Shown here: one piece after another, positions 32,481 through 43,474 of the stretch
Layout of the letters: every line of letters starts with the position of its first letter
How positions within the stretch are numbered: position 1 is the first letter of the stretch
Translations under genes and position numbers: made by a program
Assembly: GCA_965225945.1 (NCBI GenBank)
Contig: CBDDBZ010000034.1
Location: 320,001 to 384,000, forward strand
DNA length: 64,000 nt
Direction of reading: 5' to 3'
Source of the DNA: Alphaproteobacteria bacterium
Lineage (GTDB): Bacteria; Pseudomonadota; Alphaproteobacteria; GCA-2731375
The notes under the pieces: generated by a model
The model's input: only the letters and a program-made list of their open reading frames with translations
The model's database searches: none
Told to the model about the DNA's origin: nothing

Positions 32481-32547
32481 AAGCACGGCACCATCAATTG
32501 CTGTAAGCTCCCGCGCCTGGAAATTCGATCGAGGAGAGGACGTCACC

Positions 32548-33477
32548 ATGGATTACCGCACCATCGCCACCGGTCTGCGCTTTCCCGAGGGGCCGATCGC
32601 CATGCCCGACGGCTCGGTGATCCTGGTGGAGATCGAGCGCGGCACCCTCTCCCGCGTGAGGCCCGACGGCACGGTCGAGGTGGTGGCGGAGACCGGCGGC
32701 GGGCCCAACGGCGCCGCCATGGGCCCGGACGGGCGCTGCTACGTCTGCAACAACGGCGGCTTCGAGTGGCACTACCAGGAGGACGGGCCGGGCATGCGCT
32801 CGATCGGCCAGGCCGCCGACTATGTGAGCGGCCGGATCGAGGCGGTGGACATCGAGACCGGCGAGGTCGAGGTGCTCTACACCCAGTGCGGTGATATCCA
32901 GATCAAGGGCCCGAACGACATCGTCTTCGACCGCCAGGGCGGCTTCTACTTCACCGATCTCGGCAAGGTGCGGAAGCGCGAGTGGGACCGTACCGGGATC
33001 TTCTACGCCACCATCGACGGCAAGCACATCGAGCAGGTCGCCCATCCCCTGGTGACGCCCAACGGCATCGGCCTCTCGGGGGACGAGAAGACGCTCTACG
33101 TGGCCGAGACCTGGACCGGTCGGCTCTGGGCCTTCGACGTCGAGGCGCCGGGAGTGCTGGCGAAGCAGCCCTTCCCCTCGCCGCACGGCGGCCGGCTGGT
33201 CGCCAACACGACGGGCTTCCGCAACTTCGACAGCCTGGCGGTCGAGGCCGACGGGCGGATCTGCATCGCCACCCTGATGAACGGCGGCATCACCGTGGTG
33301 ACGCCCGACGGGAGCGAGATCGAGCACGTCGAGGCGCCCGACGCCTGGTACACCACCAACATCTGCTTCGGCGGCGAGGGTTTGAGGACGGCGTATATAA
33401 CCCAGTCCTGGCACGGCACGCTGATCGCCTGCGAGTGGCCCCGCCCGGGCTTGCCGCTCAATTTCTTGAATATTTGA
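32548..33477 (+). CDS. SMP-30/gluconolactonase/LRE family beta-propeller protein
   Basis: GLRFPEGP, GPNG, GPNDIVFD, PNGIGLS, TNICFGG. Confidence 0.9.
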   Translation: MDYRTIATGLRFPEGPIAMPDGSVILVEIERGTLSRVRPDGTVEVVAETGGGPNGAAMGPDGRCYVCNNGGFEWHYQEDGPGMRSIGQAADYVSGRIEAVDIETGEVEVLYTQCGDIQIKGPNDIVFDRQGGFYFTDLGKVRKREWDRTGIFYATIDGKHIEQVAHPLVTPNGIGLSGDEKTLYVAETWTGRLWAFDVEAPGVLAKQPFPSPHGGRLVANTTGFRNFDSLAVEADGRICIATLMNGGITVVTPDGSEIEHVEAPDAWYTTNICFGGEGLRTAYITQSWHGTLIACEWPRPGLPLNFLNI

Positions 33478-33527
33478 GGAGGTAGACAGCGGCCGGGCCG
33501 TTCGACCCACCGATCCCGTCCATTGCC

Positions 33528-34574
33528 TCACATCCGGCTATACCATGTTCCTTTTCTAGTGCCGTGCTGAAACAGATGGCTGGCCGTTACCAACGATTGA
33601 AGGTGTTTTTTCACGGTATTGCGGTTTGCGCCCGTGATCTTTACGACATCGCGAATCGTCATCCGTCCATGTTCCTGGGCCAGTTCGAGAATTTGAACGG
33701 ATAGTTCGGGCAGCGCACCGAGCATGATGCGTTCGCGCTCGAGCTTTATTTCGAGCCGTCTTTTCTGCCGTTGCAAGGCGCGCAGGAAGTAGGTGATCCA
33801 TGGCGTCCAATCGGGGCTATCACCACGGATCGTGCCCTGAGTTCCGCGCAGAGCGACGTAATAGCTTTCCTTGGTTTGCTCGATCACGCTTTCCAATGAG
33901 CTGTAAGGTATATAGGCGTACTCGCCGCGCAGGAGCAGCAGCGTGGTCAGAATTCGTGACAGCCGACCATTGCCATCCTGGAAGGGATGAATCTCCAGAA
34001 AAACCACGATGAAGAGCGCAACGACAAGGAGTATGTGGAGTTGGCGTTCCTCCAGCGCGGTCACGGTCCAGGCGACAACTTCCGACATCAACCGGGGCGT
34101 ATCGAAGGGAGAGGCCGTCTCCAAGACGATGCCGATCTCGTTGCCGTCGACATCGAAGGCGCTCACATGGTTAGGGTCGGTTTTGTAGTTGCCCCGGTGC
34201 CATTCGTCCTTGGTGCTATGAATCAAAAGATCTCGATGAAGCTGCTTGATGTGATTTTCGGTGATGGCGTCGGCATTGGCGAATACCGTCTCCATCACCT
34301 CCGCGTAACCGGCGACTTCCTGTTCGTAGCGCGTTTCAAATTTCATGATTTCCAGATTTGCGAGCAGCCGCTCGACGTCCTTGTCGGAAAGTCGGCTGCC
34401 TTCGATCCGCGTGGAAGAACCGATGCTTTCGACCGTCGCAACCCGGCGCAGCGCGGACAGCCGCTCCGGTGCCAGCATTCCGAACGCCCTCCACGCCCCC
34501 TTGAATTCATCGATCTCGGCGATGAGGGCGAGCATCTCGGGCGTGATTGCCAATGAGTCGGCCTTGAATGCCAT
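33528..34574 (-). CDS. Fic family protein with C-terminal winged HTH
   Basis: HPFQDGNGRLSR; N-terminal inhibitory motif STRIEG; visibly lower GC than the neighbours. Confidence 0.92.
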   Translation of the reverse strand: MAFKADSLAITPEMLALIAEIDEFKGAWRAFGMLAPERLSALRRVATVESIGSSTRIEGSRLSDKDVERLLANLEIMKFETRYEQEVAGYAEVMETVFANADAITENHIKQLHRDLLIHSTKDEWHRGNYKTDPNHVSAFDVDGNEIGIVLETASPFDTPRLMSEVVAWTVTALEERQLHILLVVALFIVVFLEIHPFQDGNGRLSRILTTLLLLRGEYAYIPYSSLESVIEQTKESYYVALRGTQGTIRGDSPDWTPWITYFLRALQRQKRRLEIKLERERIMLGALPELSVQILELAQEHGRMTIRDVVKITGANRNTVKKHLQSLVTASHLFQHGTRKGTWYSRM

Positions 34575-34656
34575 ACCCAAAAACTTACCCCAAACTACCC
34601 ACAATGACAAGGTGAATACGAAATAGCCAGAAATCAACCCGTAAATACCCGTAAAT
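34574..34656. promoter_or_regulatory. Short direct repeats over the Fic start and promoter (putative operator)
   Basis: TACCC at 34574, 34586 and 34596; ACCCGTAAAT twice in tandem at 34637-34656. Function is inferred. Confidence 0.4.
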
Positions 34657-34745
34657 GCGGCTATTTCAGGTTCGAGGCCAGCGCGGAGATCCGGTTTGGA
34701 TGGCTGCGCCTCCCGCGCAACGCCGCCGACGAGCGGGCCTTCCCC

Positions 34746-36332
34746 TCAATGTGGCAGGTCGAAGGCCTCGGCGAAGCGGTTGTAGCAGGCCAGGGGATCG
34801 CCGTATTTGCGGTGGCCGGCGCTGTGGTGCGCCGAGACCACCAACAGCAGCTCGCGCTCGGGCGACGTGGTGCGGAGATAGTCCTCCAGAGTGATCTGGG
34901 CGATCTCCTGGTTATGGGGATCGTTGCCGATCTTGCAGCCGATGAACGCCAGGCGTTGCACCAGCGGGCCGCGATCGGCGCCCGAATCGAGATAGGCCTG
35001 GGTCCAGTTGCGGCTCTCCTCGGGGTCGAGCGCCAGCACCACCTCCTCGATGCGCTCGAGGATCGCCGCCTCGCTCATCCCCTCGGCCGCCGCCGGCGGC
35101 TTGATCTCGACCGGCCCGTTGCCCGGGACATGGGCCTGGTGGTGGGCCACCCGGTTGAGGAAGGCGGCGGCGAGGAACAGCAGCTTCACCCGCTGGGGAT
35201 GCTCGAAATTGGCGTAGAACCAACCCAGCGTGTTGCAATATTCGTAGCAGTGCTGCGACATCGAGAAATTCATCGGCTCACCGGTCTCCAACACCACCCG
35301 GGCGGCGGCGATCTGGATCGTGTCGATCAGGTGCATCAGTGATTTCCCGGCCTTCAGCAGGTCGGCCAGCACTTCGAGATAGCCGGGCTCCGGCTCGCGG
35401 ATGATTGCGGTGATCAGCCGTTCGGCCTCCTCGCCCGAGAGCCCATCGGCGTTGGCGTAGAGTGCGCGTTCCTCCTCGGCGGTGCCGCCATAGGGCACGG
35501 CGCTCAGCTTCTGGCCCTCGATGAAGATCTTCACCGCGTTGCAGGCGAGCTCGTAGGTCGAATACCAGCGCGGGCCGACGGCGATATCGAGGGCGCCGGC
35601 ATAGATCACCGGGTGCGCGTTCTCGTGGCCGACCGCGCGGGCCAGCTCCACCGTCGCGCGGGCACGATAAGACTTGTGGCCGGTGGTGTAGGAGCGGTTG
35701 TGCAGCATCCGGTCCTGCACGTCGATCAGCCCGGCGAAGACCAGCTCGGCGAGCGCCCGCTCGCGGTTCGAAGGCTCCTCGTAGAGGCCCCGGAAGATTC
35801 GATAGGCCGCCATCACCTCGCCCCGGTGGACCAGGGTCATCCAGTGGCCCAGCCGCTCCTCCACCGTGCCCGGCTCGCGAACCGCCTCGGCGTCCGGCCA
35901 ATGCACGACGGGCACCGGAGGCGGGCCCTCGGGCAAGGTAAAACCGCGCGCGTAGTGGCCCGGTGCCTTCAGGATCTTCTGGTTCCAGATGTCGAGGCCG
36001 GTCGGTATGTACCAGATGGTCTGCGCCAGCGGCAGGGCGCCGTATTCGCCCGGCACCAGGCGTGCCAGATGAATCGCCGCCCGGGCACTCAGCAGGCAGT
36101 GGTCGTTGTTGACGAAGTTGACGTAGCCGTCGTCGATCCGCTCGTGATAGGGCACGTGGGTGAGCGGCCCGTGGATCCGCACCGCCTCCAGCACCATTTC
36201 CTCGAACGGCCGGCCCTCGCGCACCAGGTCGTAATAGGTATCGCTGGCGCCGTGCTGGTCGCGGGCCAGGATGCGTTCCTTCAGCCGCTCGTAGAGGGCG
36301 CGATCGTCCCCCGTCGTCGCCTGCATCGTCAT
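34746..36332 (-). CDS. Hypothetical all-helical protein with four His-containing repeats
   Basis: 528-aa ORF with host-like codon usage and GGAGG RBS; no family recognised. Confidence 0.75.
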   Translation of the reverse strand: MTMQATTGDDRALYERLKERILARDQHGASDTYYDLVREGRPFEEMVLEAVRIHGPLTHVPYHERIDDGYVNFVNNDHCLLSARAAIHLARLVPGEYGALPLAQTIWYIPTGLDIWNQKILKAPGHYARGFTLPEGPPPVPVVHWPDAEAVREPGTVEERLGHWMTLVHRGEVMAAYRIFRGLYEEPSNRERALAELVFAGLIDVQDRMLHNRSYTTGHKSYRARATVELARAVGHENAHPVIYAGALDIAVGPRWYSTYELACNAVKIFIEGQKLSAVPYGGTAEEERALYANADGLSGEEAERLITAIIREPEPGYLEVLADLLKAGKSLMHLIDTIQIAAARVVLETGEPMNFSMSQHCYEYCNTLGWFYANFEHPQRVKLLFLAAAFLNRVAHHQAHVPGNGPVEIKPPAAAEGMSEAAILERIEEVVLALDPEESRNWTQAYLDSGADRGPLVQRLAFIGCKIGNDPHNQEIAQITLEDYLRTTSPERELLLVVSAHHSAGHRKYGDPLACYNRFAEAFDLPH

Positions 36333-36424
36333 CGTTTGTTCCTCCGGCTGCCCGCGCAATGCTAATGCCAGCCGCGACAATTAGCCACTCTCCGCGCCGT
36401 CCCGCTCCCCCTCCCTCGCCCGCT

Positions 36425-37954
36425 TCAGATTCGCCGGCCCGCCTCGCGCCAATAGGGCTCGCGCAGCTTGCGCTTGAAGATCTTGCCGGAATCCTCCCGC
36501 GGCAGCTCGTCCAGCACGTCGAGCTTGCGGGGGAGCTTGTAGGCCGCGATCCGCTCGCCCAGATAGGCCCGGACCGCGTCCAGATCGATTGCAGCGCCGT
36601 CCACCACCGACACCGCCGCCGCCAGGGTCTCGCCGAACTCGTCGTGGGGGATGCCGAAGACGGCGCAGTCGCGGACCTCGGCCATGTCGATCAGCACCGC
36701 CTCGATCTCGGCCGGGTAGATGTTGACGCCGCCGGAGATCACCATGTCGTGCCGCCGGTCGCGCAGGAACAGCCAGCCGTCCTCGTCCAGGTAGCCGATG
36801 TCGCCGTTGGTGACCAGGCCGTCGCGCTCGATCGCGAGCCGTTCGTCGTCGCGCTTGTGGTAAGTGAAATCGCTCAGCATGTCGATCGACATGTAGATCT
36901 CGCCCTCCTCGCCGGGAGGAAGCGGGCGGCCGTCGGGATCGAGAATGCGGAGCCGCGTCCCCTCGCGCGGCCGGCCGACGGTGCCGGGCTTGGCGAGCGC
37001 CTGCTCGGACGTGGCGATAGTCACCAGGCCGGCCTCGGTGGAGCCGTAGTATTCTCGGATCACCGGCCCCCACCATTCGATCATCCGCCGCTTGACGGCA
37101 ATCGGGCAGGGCGCCGCGCCGTGGATCACGCACTCCAGGCTGGAGGGGTCAAAGCCCTCGCGGACCTCCTGCGCGAGCGCCAGCAGGCGGACGAACATGG
37201 TCGGCACCATGTGCATGTGGCTGAGGCCGCGCCGCTCGATATCGCCCAGCAAGCCCGCCGCGTCGAAGCGCGGCAGCAGATGGATATCGCACCCCATGCC
37301 ATAGAGCAGCCGCATATATGCCATCGGCGCGCTGTGATAGAGCGGCCCGGTGATCGCGCCGACGGCGCCGGGACGCACTCCGAAGCCCTCCGCCGCGAGC
37401 CGTTGGGTCCGTTGTTGCTGCTCGGGCGAGGCGGCTTCCCGCCGCACGCCCTTCGGCCGGCCGGTGGTGCCCGCGGTATAGATCATGCTGCCCCGGGTGG
37501 CGCCCTCGCCCGCCTCCCAGGGGGTTTGCGCCGCCACCCACTCGCGCCATTCGGGCCGGCCTTCGGGATCGGGGGGATCGCTTTCGGGCAGGCCGTAGGC
37601 GCGGCGGATCTCGGCCGGCGTCTCGACCAGGATCACCTCGACGCCGGCCGGCACGGCGTCTCTGATCCGGGGCCAGAGGTCGGTATGCACCAGCGCCACC
37701 TCGGCGCCGCAGTCGGCCAGGATGTAGCCCGTCTCCTCGGCCGTGAAATGCCAGTTGACCGGCACCGAATAGGCCCCGATCAAGCTCGCCGCCTGGGTCG
37801 CGGAGATGAAGGGCAGGTCGTTCCGCAGGAGCAGCGCGACCGAGTCGGCCTCCCCCACGCCGAGCGCCGCCAGCCCCGCCGCCGCGCGCCGCGCCTCGGC
37901 CTCGAGCACCGCCAGCGTGACCCGCCGCGCGCCACTGGTCGCGATCGGTTGCAT
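36425..37954 (-). CDS. Acyl-CoA synthetase (AMP-binding)
   Basis: YTAGTTGRPKG, YYGSTE, GDIGYLD, ISGGVNIYP, SGKI.K. Confidence 0.92.
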   Translation of the reverse strand: MQPIATSGARRVTLAVLEAEARRAAAGLAALGVGEADSVALLLRNDLPFISATQAASLIGAYSVPVNWHFTAEETGYILADCGAEVALVHTDLWPRIRDAVPAGVEVILVETPAEIRRAYGLPESDPPDPEGRPEWREWVAAQTPWEAGEGATRGSMIYTAGTTGRPKGVRREAASPEQQQRTQRLAAEGFGVRPGAVGAITGPLYHSAPMAYMRLLYGMGCDIHLLPRFDAAGLLGDIERRGLSHMHMVPTMFVRLLALAQEVREGFDPSSLECVIHGAAPCPIAVKRRMIEWWGPVIREYYGSTEAGLVTIATSEQALAKPGTVGRPREGTRLRILDPDGRPLPPGEEGEIYMSIDMLSDFTYHKRDDERLAIERDGLVTNGDIGYLDEDGWLFLRDRRHDMVISGGVNIYPAEIEAVLIDMAEVRDCAVFGIPHDEFGETLAAAVSVVDGAAIDLDAVRAYLGERIAAYKLPRKLDVLDELPREDSGKIFKRKLREPYWREAGRRI

Positions 37955-38163
37955 CCTCGCGCATCCTCCCCCTGCTGGGCGCCGGCAGTCTGGCAAAGGG
38001 ACAATCGCCGTGTCAAAGCGGAAGGCGGGGCATAGTGGAAAGGAGCGGCGCCGTTCGCGTTGCTCCGGCGCGGCTGGAGCATTTCAAGCTGGCGCGAGGC
38101 CGCCCGCTCCCCCGGCCCGCCGATTTGCTTCAGACCCGAGGCGCTCCAACGGCTAAGCGCCGA

Positions 38164-41100
38164 TCACGCCGAATTCTCGATCCAACGGCGGGTTTCATCT
38201 ATCGCTGTTTCCAGCTCGGCGACTTCCTCGGCGGCGTCTTCGATCGTTTGGACATCGATCTCGATCTGATGCGCGATCATGGCGATGCGTTCCGCCGCGA
38301 GATTACCGGCCATTCCTTTCAAATCGTGAGCTGCGCGGCGTGCGCCATCGAGGTCGCCGACAGCGAGTGCGTCTTGGATTGCCCTTAGCTGGAGGCTCGA
38401 TGCATCGGGAATAGCCGCGATCAAATCGTGGAAATCATCCACTTCGATCGCATCGCGCAAACTCGTCAGTCTTTCGGAATCAAAAATTGTTCATCATAGC
38501 ACCTGATGTCGGGTACCCTCCGCCGCGTCGCCCTGGCCCGTCTTGTCGTGGCTTGCGTCGTCTTCGATGGTGTCCGCCAACGCCGCCGCCACCCGAGCGG
38601 TCTCGCGTCGCCCGACGGCCCGGGCTATCGCGGCAAACAACGCCTTTGGCTCGATCGGCTTGGCGACGTAATCATTCATCCCCGCCGACAGCACCTGATG
38701 TCGGGTACCCTCCGCCGCGTCGCCCTGGCCCGTCTTGTCGTGGCTTGCGTCGTCTTCGATGGTGTCCGCCAACGCCGCCGCCACCCGAGCGGTCTCGCGT
38801 CGCCCGACGGCCCGGGCTATCGCGGCAAACAAATCGGCTTGGCGACGTAATCATTCATCCCCGCCGACAGATAATCCTCGCGGTCGCCCGCCATGGCGTT
38901 CGCGGTCAAGGCGACGATCGGGATGCCACCTTCGGGTCCCGGCAACCGGCGGATATTCTTCGTCGCGGCCAGGCCGTCCATCTCCGGCATCTGCACGTCC
39001 ATGAGCACCAGGTCGTAGGGCGCGGATTGCACCGACTGGACGGCCTCGATGCCATTGCCGACAACCTCGGCATGATGGCCCGCCTTGCCGATAATCCCCG
39101 TGATCAGCCACTGATTGACCTGATTGTCCTCGGCGACGAGGATTCGTAGCGGCCCGGCCCGAGCCATCGGCGGGGCCTCCAGGTCGGCCTCGACGGCATC
39201 GGGCGGAGCGCCCAGCCCACATGGAATCGTGAACCAGAAAGTGCTGCCCTCGCCGGGCGCGCCCTCGACGCCGATCGCGCCCCCCATCAGCTCTATCAGT
39301 TGCTTGGAAATCGACAGACCGAGCCCGGTGCCGCCGTATTTCCGCGAGGTCGAACTGTCCGCCTGGGTAAACCGAGTGAACAGTTTCTCCCGAACATCGG
39401 CGGAGATCCCGATGCCGGTGTCCCGCACCGCGACACGAAGCTCGCATGTCTCGTCGTCGAGCATGTGATGCGAGGCGGAAACCGTAACGCTTCCCCGTTC
39501 GGTGAACTTGATCGCGTTGCTCACCAGGTTGAGGACGATCTGGCGCAAACGCACGCAATCGGCTCTCAGCCACCCGGGCATGTCAGGCTCGAGTTCCATG
39601 CGAAAGTCGATTCCCCTGTCGCTTGCTCTGCCGCCGACAAGGGAGGTGATATGATCGAACTCCCGCTCGAGGTTGAAAGTCGTCTCCTCGAGTTCGAGTT
39701 TCCCGGCCTCCAGCTTGGAAACGTCCAGAATGTCGTTGATGAGGGTCAAAAGCGCGCCTGCTGAACGTTGTGCCGTGGCGGCCAATTTTCGCTGCTCCGC
39801 CGTCACGTCGGTACCGAGAAGCAGGCCAAGCATGCCCAGAACGCCGTTCATCGGCGTGCGAATCTCGTGGCTCATCGTCGCGAGGAACTCGGTCTTCGCG
39901 CGCGTGGCGTCCTCCGCCCTGTCCCGCTCCAGAGCCAAACCCTCCGACAGCTTCGTAAGCTTGCGCGCCTGAATCTCCAACACCACGCGCGTGTCTTCGC
40001 TCTCCTCGATCCGAATTTTCAGCTCTTCGTTGAGCGTCTTCAGAGAATTCTCGGCGTACTTGCGCTGGGTGATGTCGGTGTCGGAGCCGCGATAGCCGTG
40101 AAATTCGCCATCCTGGTCGAAAACCGGAACCCCGCTCACCTTGATGTGGCGAACCTCGCCGTCGGCGCCTTCGATGGCTTACTCAAAGTCGCGGAAGGGC
40201 CTGCGCGCCTCCAGATCGCCGAAATGCCGCCGCCACATCTCCGGATCGGCCTCGAGCTGGGCGGCGCCGACGAAACTCTCGCGCAATTTGCCGATGACTG
40301 ATTCGGGCGCCACTCTCATGGTTTCGAAATACCGGCGGTCGACGTAGGTGAAGGCGCCATCCGGATCGGTCTCCCACTGCCAGTCGGAGGCGGCCTCGGC
40401 GAAGTCCTTGAAGCGTTGCTCGCTTTCGTGCAGTTCCCGGGTTCTGTCCTCGACCTGTAATTCCAATCCCTGGTGTGCCTCGTGCAACGATTTCGCCGAA
40501 AGATCGAGATTGGCCGCCATTCGGTTGAAAGCATCGGTCAAGTGGCCGAATTCATCCCTGGTCCTGACGTCGATCTTGTGATCGAGCCTTCCGCCGCCGA
40601 CGATTTCCGCCCCCCGCATCAACGCTTTTACCGGTGTGACGATCCCTCTGGTGATGGCCCAGCCCGAGCCGCCCGCGATCGAGATGGCAACGGCGCCCAG
40701 GACGATGAGCCAGAAGCGCGCCGCCGCGATCGAGGTCGTGGCATGGCCCGCCGCCAGAATCGTCTCCGCATGGATCAAGGGCTGGATGCGATCGTCCAAA
40801 AGGGCATCTATCGTCGTGAGGTCGTCCTCGAACCTGCGTAGCTTCTCGCGGAGTTCATCGGTGACGGCCATGATCCGCTTGCCGGCTTTCACGGAATCCG
40901 TAAAGTCCCGGTCGATCCGGTCGAGCAAGGTCGTCTCTTCGGCGGAGAGGTCGGTCTCGCGATACGACGCTTCGAACCGTTCTAAGTCCGCCATCGCATC
41001 GGCGGCCTCCGCGCGCAGGGCGGCATCCGGGTGAAGGACGTAGCCCTCGATGGCGGCGAAGGCTTCGTCGATATTGATTTCCATTTCCAATGCGCTGTGC

Positions 41101-41669
41101 AGCTTCTTCAACCCGTCCGGGGCTGTCATATCGATCGCTTGCTGGAGCTTTTCGTCGATGAGCTGGTCGATCTCCTTGACGGACTTCCTGATCGTCTGGA
41201 GCAAAGCGTACTGCTCGTCGGCGAGGGTGACGATCTCGTCGCCCAGCGTCTTGAAGTCGGCATAGAGCGTGGCGACCTCCCGGCCCAGCCGTTGCTCTTC
41301 GGCGGTTTCCGCCAGCCGCTCGAAGCGGGCGGCGAAGCCTTCGAAATCAACCTCGGAATCGAGCATTACCACGAGGTCCTCGGGCTCAAAATTCCGGAGG
41401 TAACTGAACACCGCCCGGGCGGTCTCCTCGGCGTTGATCTCCATCTCCAGGACGGCCTGTTCGAGCGGCTCCTCGATTTCCACGACCTGACGCAGGTCCC
41501 GATCGATCTGCTGGATATAGCGGTACGAGACGACACCGCTGACCACCAGAACCAGGAGCAGCAGCCCGAAAGCGAGCCACAGCTTTTGCGCCACCCCCCA
41601 ATGCCACAGGTCGGAGATTTGGGCGTCACGAGGTGGGGGAACGTCTCCCTCGCGTTTATCTTCAACCAT
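38164..41669 (-). pseudogene. Hybrid sensor histidine kinase (TM-sensor-HAMP-PAS-HisKA-HATPase-REC-HPt), disrupted
   Basis: [36 protein letters not shown]; in-frame TAA at 40179-40181; duplication with 13-nt deletion at 38498-38870; tandem TGA TGA at 38491-38496 before the HPt domain. Confidence 0.85.
38498..38870. repeat. 192-nt tandem duplication; one copy lacks 13 nt
   Basis: 38498-38691 is repeated at 38690-38870 without cgcctttggctcg. Confidence 0.92.
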
Positions 41670-41790
41670 GGCAGCCTCCTCGGGCGGCCTGTCGCTTTGC
41701 CATCAATGCGGGGGTCATCGGCACGCTTGCGTCCCGGGTGTCGAGGTGAGTTGAGGCTAACTTGCTCTCGGTCAATATCCGGCTCCCGGA

Positions 41791-42291
41791 TCAGTGTCGC
41801 TCGTCTCGGGTGAGCGCCTTTTCCACCGCCGCAGCCAGGGCGTCGAGCACTTTCTTCCCGTCCTCCCGCACCTCGCCGCGGACCTTATGGGCCACGACGG
41901 TTGCCATGGCTCCGGCGTGCGCGCTAATCACATCGAGGCCCTTCGGCGCCGCCGGTTCACCGGCCGAGATGAAACGGCACAACGACTGCGCTATCGCGGT
42001 CAACAACGGATAATCGAGGCTGGCCGCCTGGCCCCCGATGTCGTGGCTGATGGCGAAAATCTCCCCCACGGCATCCGCCGCGCAGGTCGGCGAGCCCATC
42101 GCCCGGGAGATCGCATCGTTGATCTTCCGCAGGTCCGTTTGCACCACGGCCTCGTAATCGGCCCTGAGCTCTCGAAGCCCCACCTCGGCATCCCGGACCA
42201 TTTCCGCCATGCTCGCCCCGCCGGTCTTGGCGACCTTCGCCCGTAGAAGGTTCGACGGGTTGATCACCTGGTCCTTACGCTCTTCGTTCAT
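41791..42291 (-). CDS. HPt-like phosphotransfer protein
   Basis: SHDIGGQAASLDYPLLT.IA.SLC; ATG overlaps the regulator stop (ATGA). Confidence 0.7.
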   Translation of the reverse strand: MNEERKDQVINPSNLLRAKVAKTGGASMAEMVRDAEVGLRELRADYEAVVQTDLRKINDAISRAMGSPTCAADAVGEIFAISHDIGGQAASLDYPLLTAIAQSLCRFISAGEPAAPKGLDVISAHAGAMATVVAHKVRGEVREDGKKVLDALAAAVEKALTRDERH

Positions 42292-42809
42292 GGTTTCCCC
42301 GCCACCTGCCTGGCCACGTCGTCCGAGATATATTCCTTGCGTCTTTCGGAACCGTCGTAGTTCGGGTTCTGGCTGCGCCGGCGATCCGGACCAACGTAGG
42401 TCTTGGTCTTTATGAACGGCCGGGGATTTACAATGATCGAAACGATGCGCGAATGAAGCGTTTCGACCGAGATCGGCTTGGCCAGAAATTCGGTCACGCC
42501 GGCATCGCGCGCCTCGGCGACGAGATGCGTCTCGGTATGGCCGGTCAAGAGGATGATGGGGACGTAGGGAGTATTGCATCTGCGCACCAGACGGGTGAAG
42601 TCGAGCCCGTCGAGCGGTCGCATCGCCCAGTCGGTGATGATGATGACCGGGCACGAATTATACATTACGTCGAAGGCTTTCGGCACGTCGGCGCAGAAAT
42701 TTATTTTTGTGATCCGCATGGCGTTCAAGAGCGCCTTGACGATCGCATGCATGTTCAAGTCGTCATCGACGACCAAAACGCTCAGCACTTCTAGGTTATA
42801 GTTGCTCAT
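42288..42809 (-). CDS. CheY-like response regulator with Arg-rich tail (Cle-like c-di-GMP effector)
   Basis: VVDD, ITDW, LLT, AKP receiver residues; tail YVGPDRRR...YDGSERRK. Confidence 0.8.
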   Translation of the reverse strand: MSNYNLEVLSVLVVDDDLNMHAIVKALLNAMRITKINFCADVPKAFDVMYNSCPVIIITDWAMRPLDGLDFTRLVRRCNTPYVPIILLTGHTETHLVAEARDAGVTEFLAKPISVETLHSRIVSIIVNPRPFIKTKTYVGPDRRRSQNPNYDGSERRKEYISDDVARQVAGKP

Positions 42810-43474
42810 AGGAAATTTCCGCTCGCGCGGAAGACGGTATTTCCGTCCGTCTTGCGACTATCTTCGATTGACGCGACCACCCCATTTGCCCCGTTCGATC
42901 GTTGAGGGTTGCCGGCTCGGAGGCCAGCATGACGGCCTCGACCCGACGGCTGATCTCCAGCCACGTCAAAACCCGTGTTTTCGTACAGTGTCCCCATCCC
43001 GCGCCGCTGATTTCACCGCCGCGTGCACCATGTCCGTGGAGACGAACTCAACTCACGCCCTGAATCTAGGCTGCATACGCTAATATTTTGTTAACCCTAC
43101 ATTCCCCGGATGAGAACCGGTTCTTGGCATCAGAGTCGCTTTTCGGGCGCTCGAGCGTGGCGAGATGAAGCATCACGCGACCAGGAGAAGCCGCTCCAAA
43201 GCGGCCGTTCTTGCTGGAGGTTGCAGAACCACAATCGCTTCGCATCCGGTGCAAGACGGTCTGCCATCGCCATGGTTTCCGGGCTTGGCCGAGAAAGGCC
43301 GGCTCGGGTCATGGTCGAGAGCTTGACGAGCGTTCGAGTTTCTGCAAGTATAAGCGGGCGCGGGTCGCCTTTCTGGTATTTAATCGACTCACTCGGGAAA
43401 ATGAAAAATCGATCCCGAGAGGGGTCGTGTTTGTATTCGTTTCAATATAACAGGGGAGGATGAGAGTCAATACT

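Noticed and set aside
40179-40181. Programmed readthrough or recoding of the in-frame stop in the kinase
   Set aside because: TAA is not a Sec or Pyl codon, no recoding signal was seen, and the gene has other lesions.
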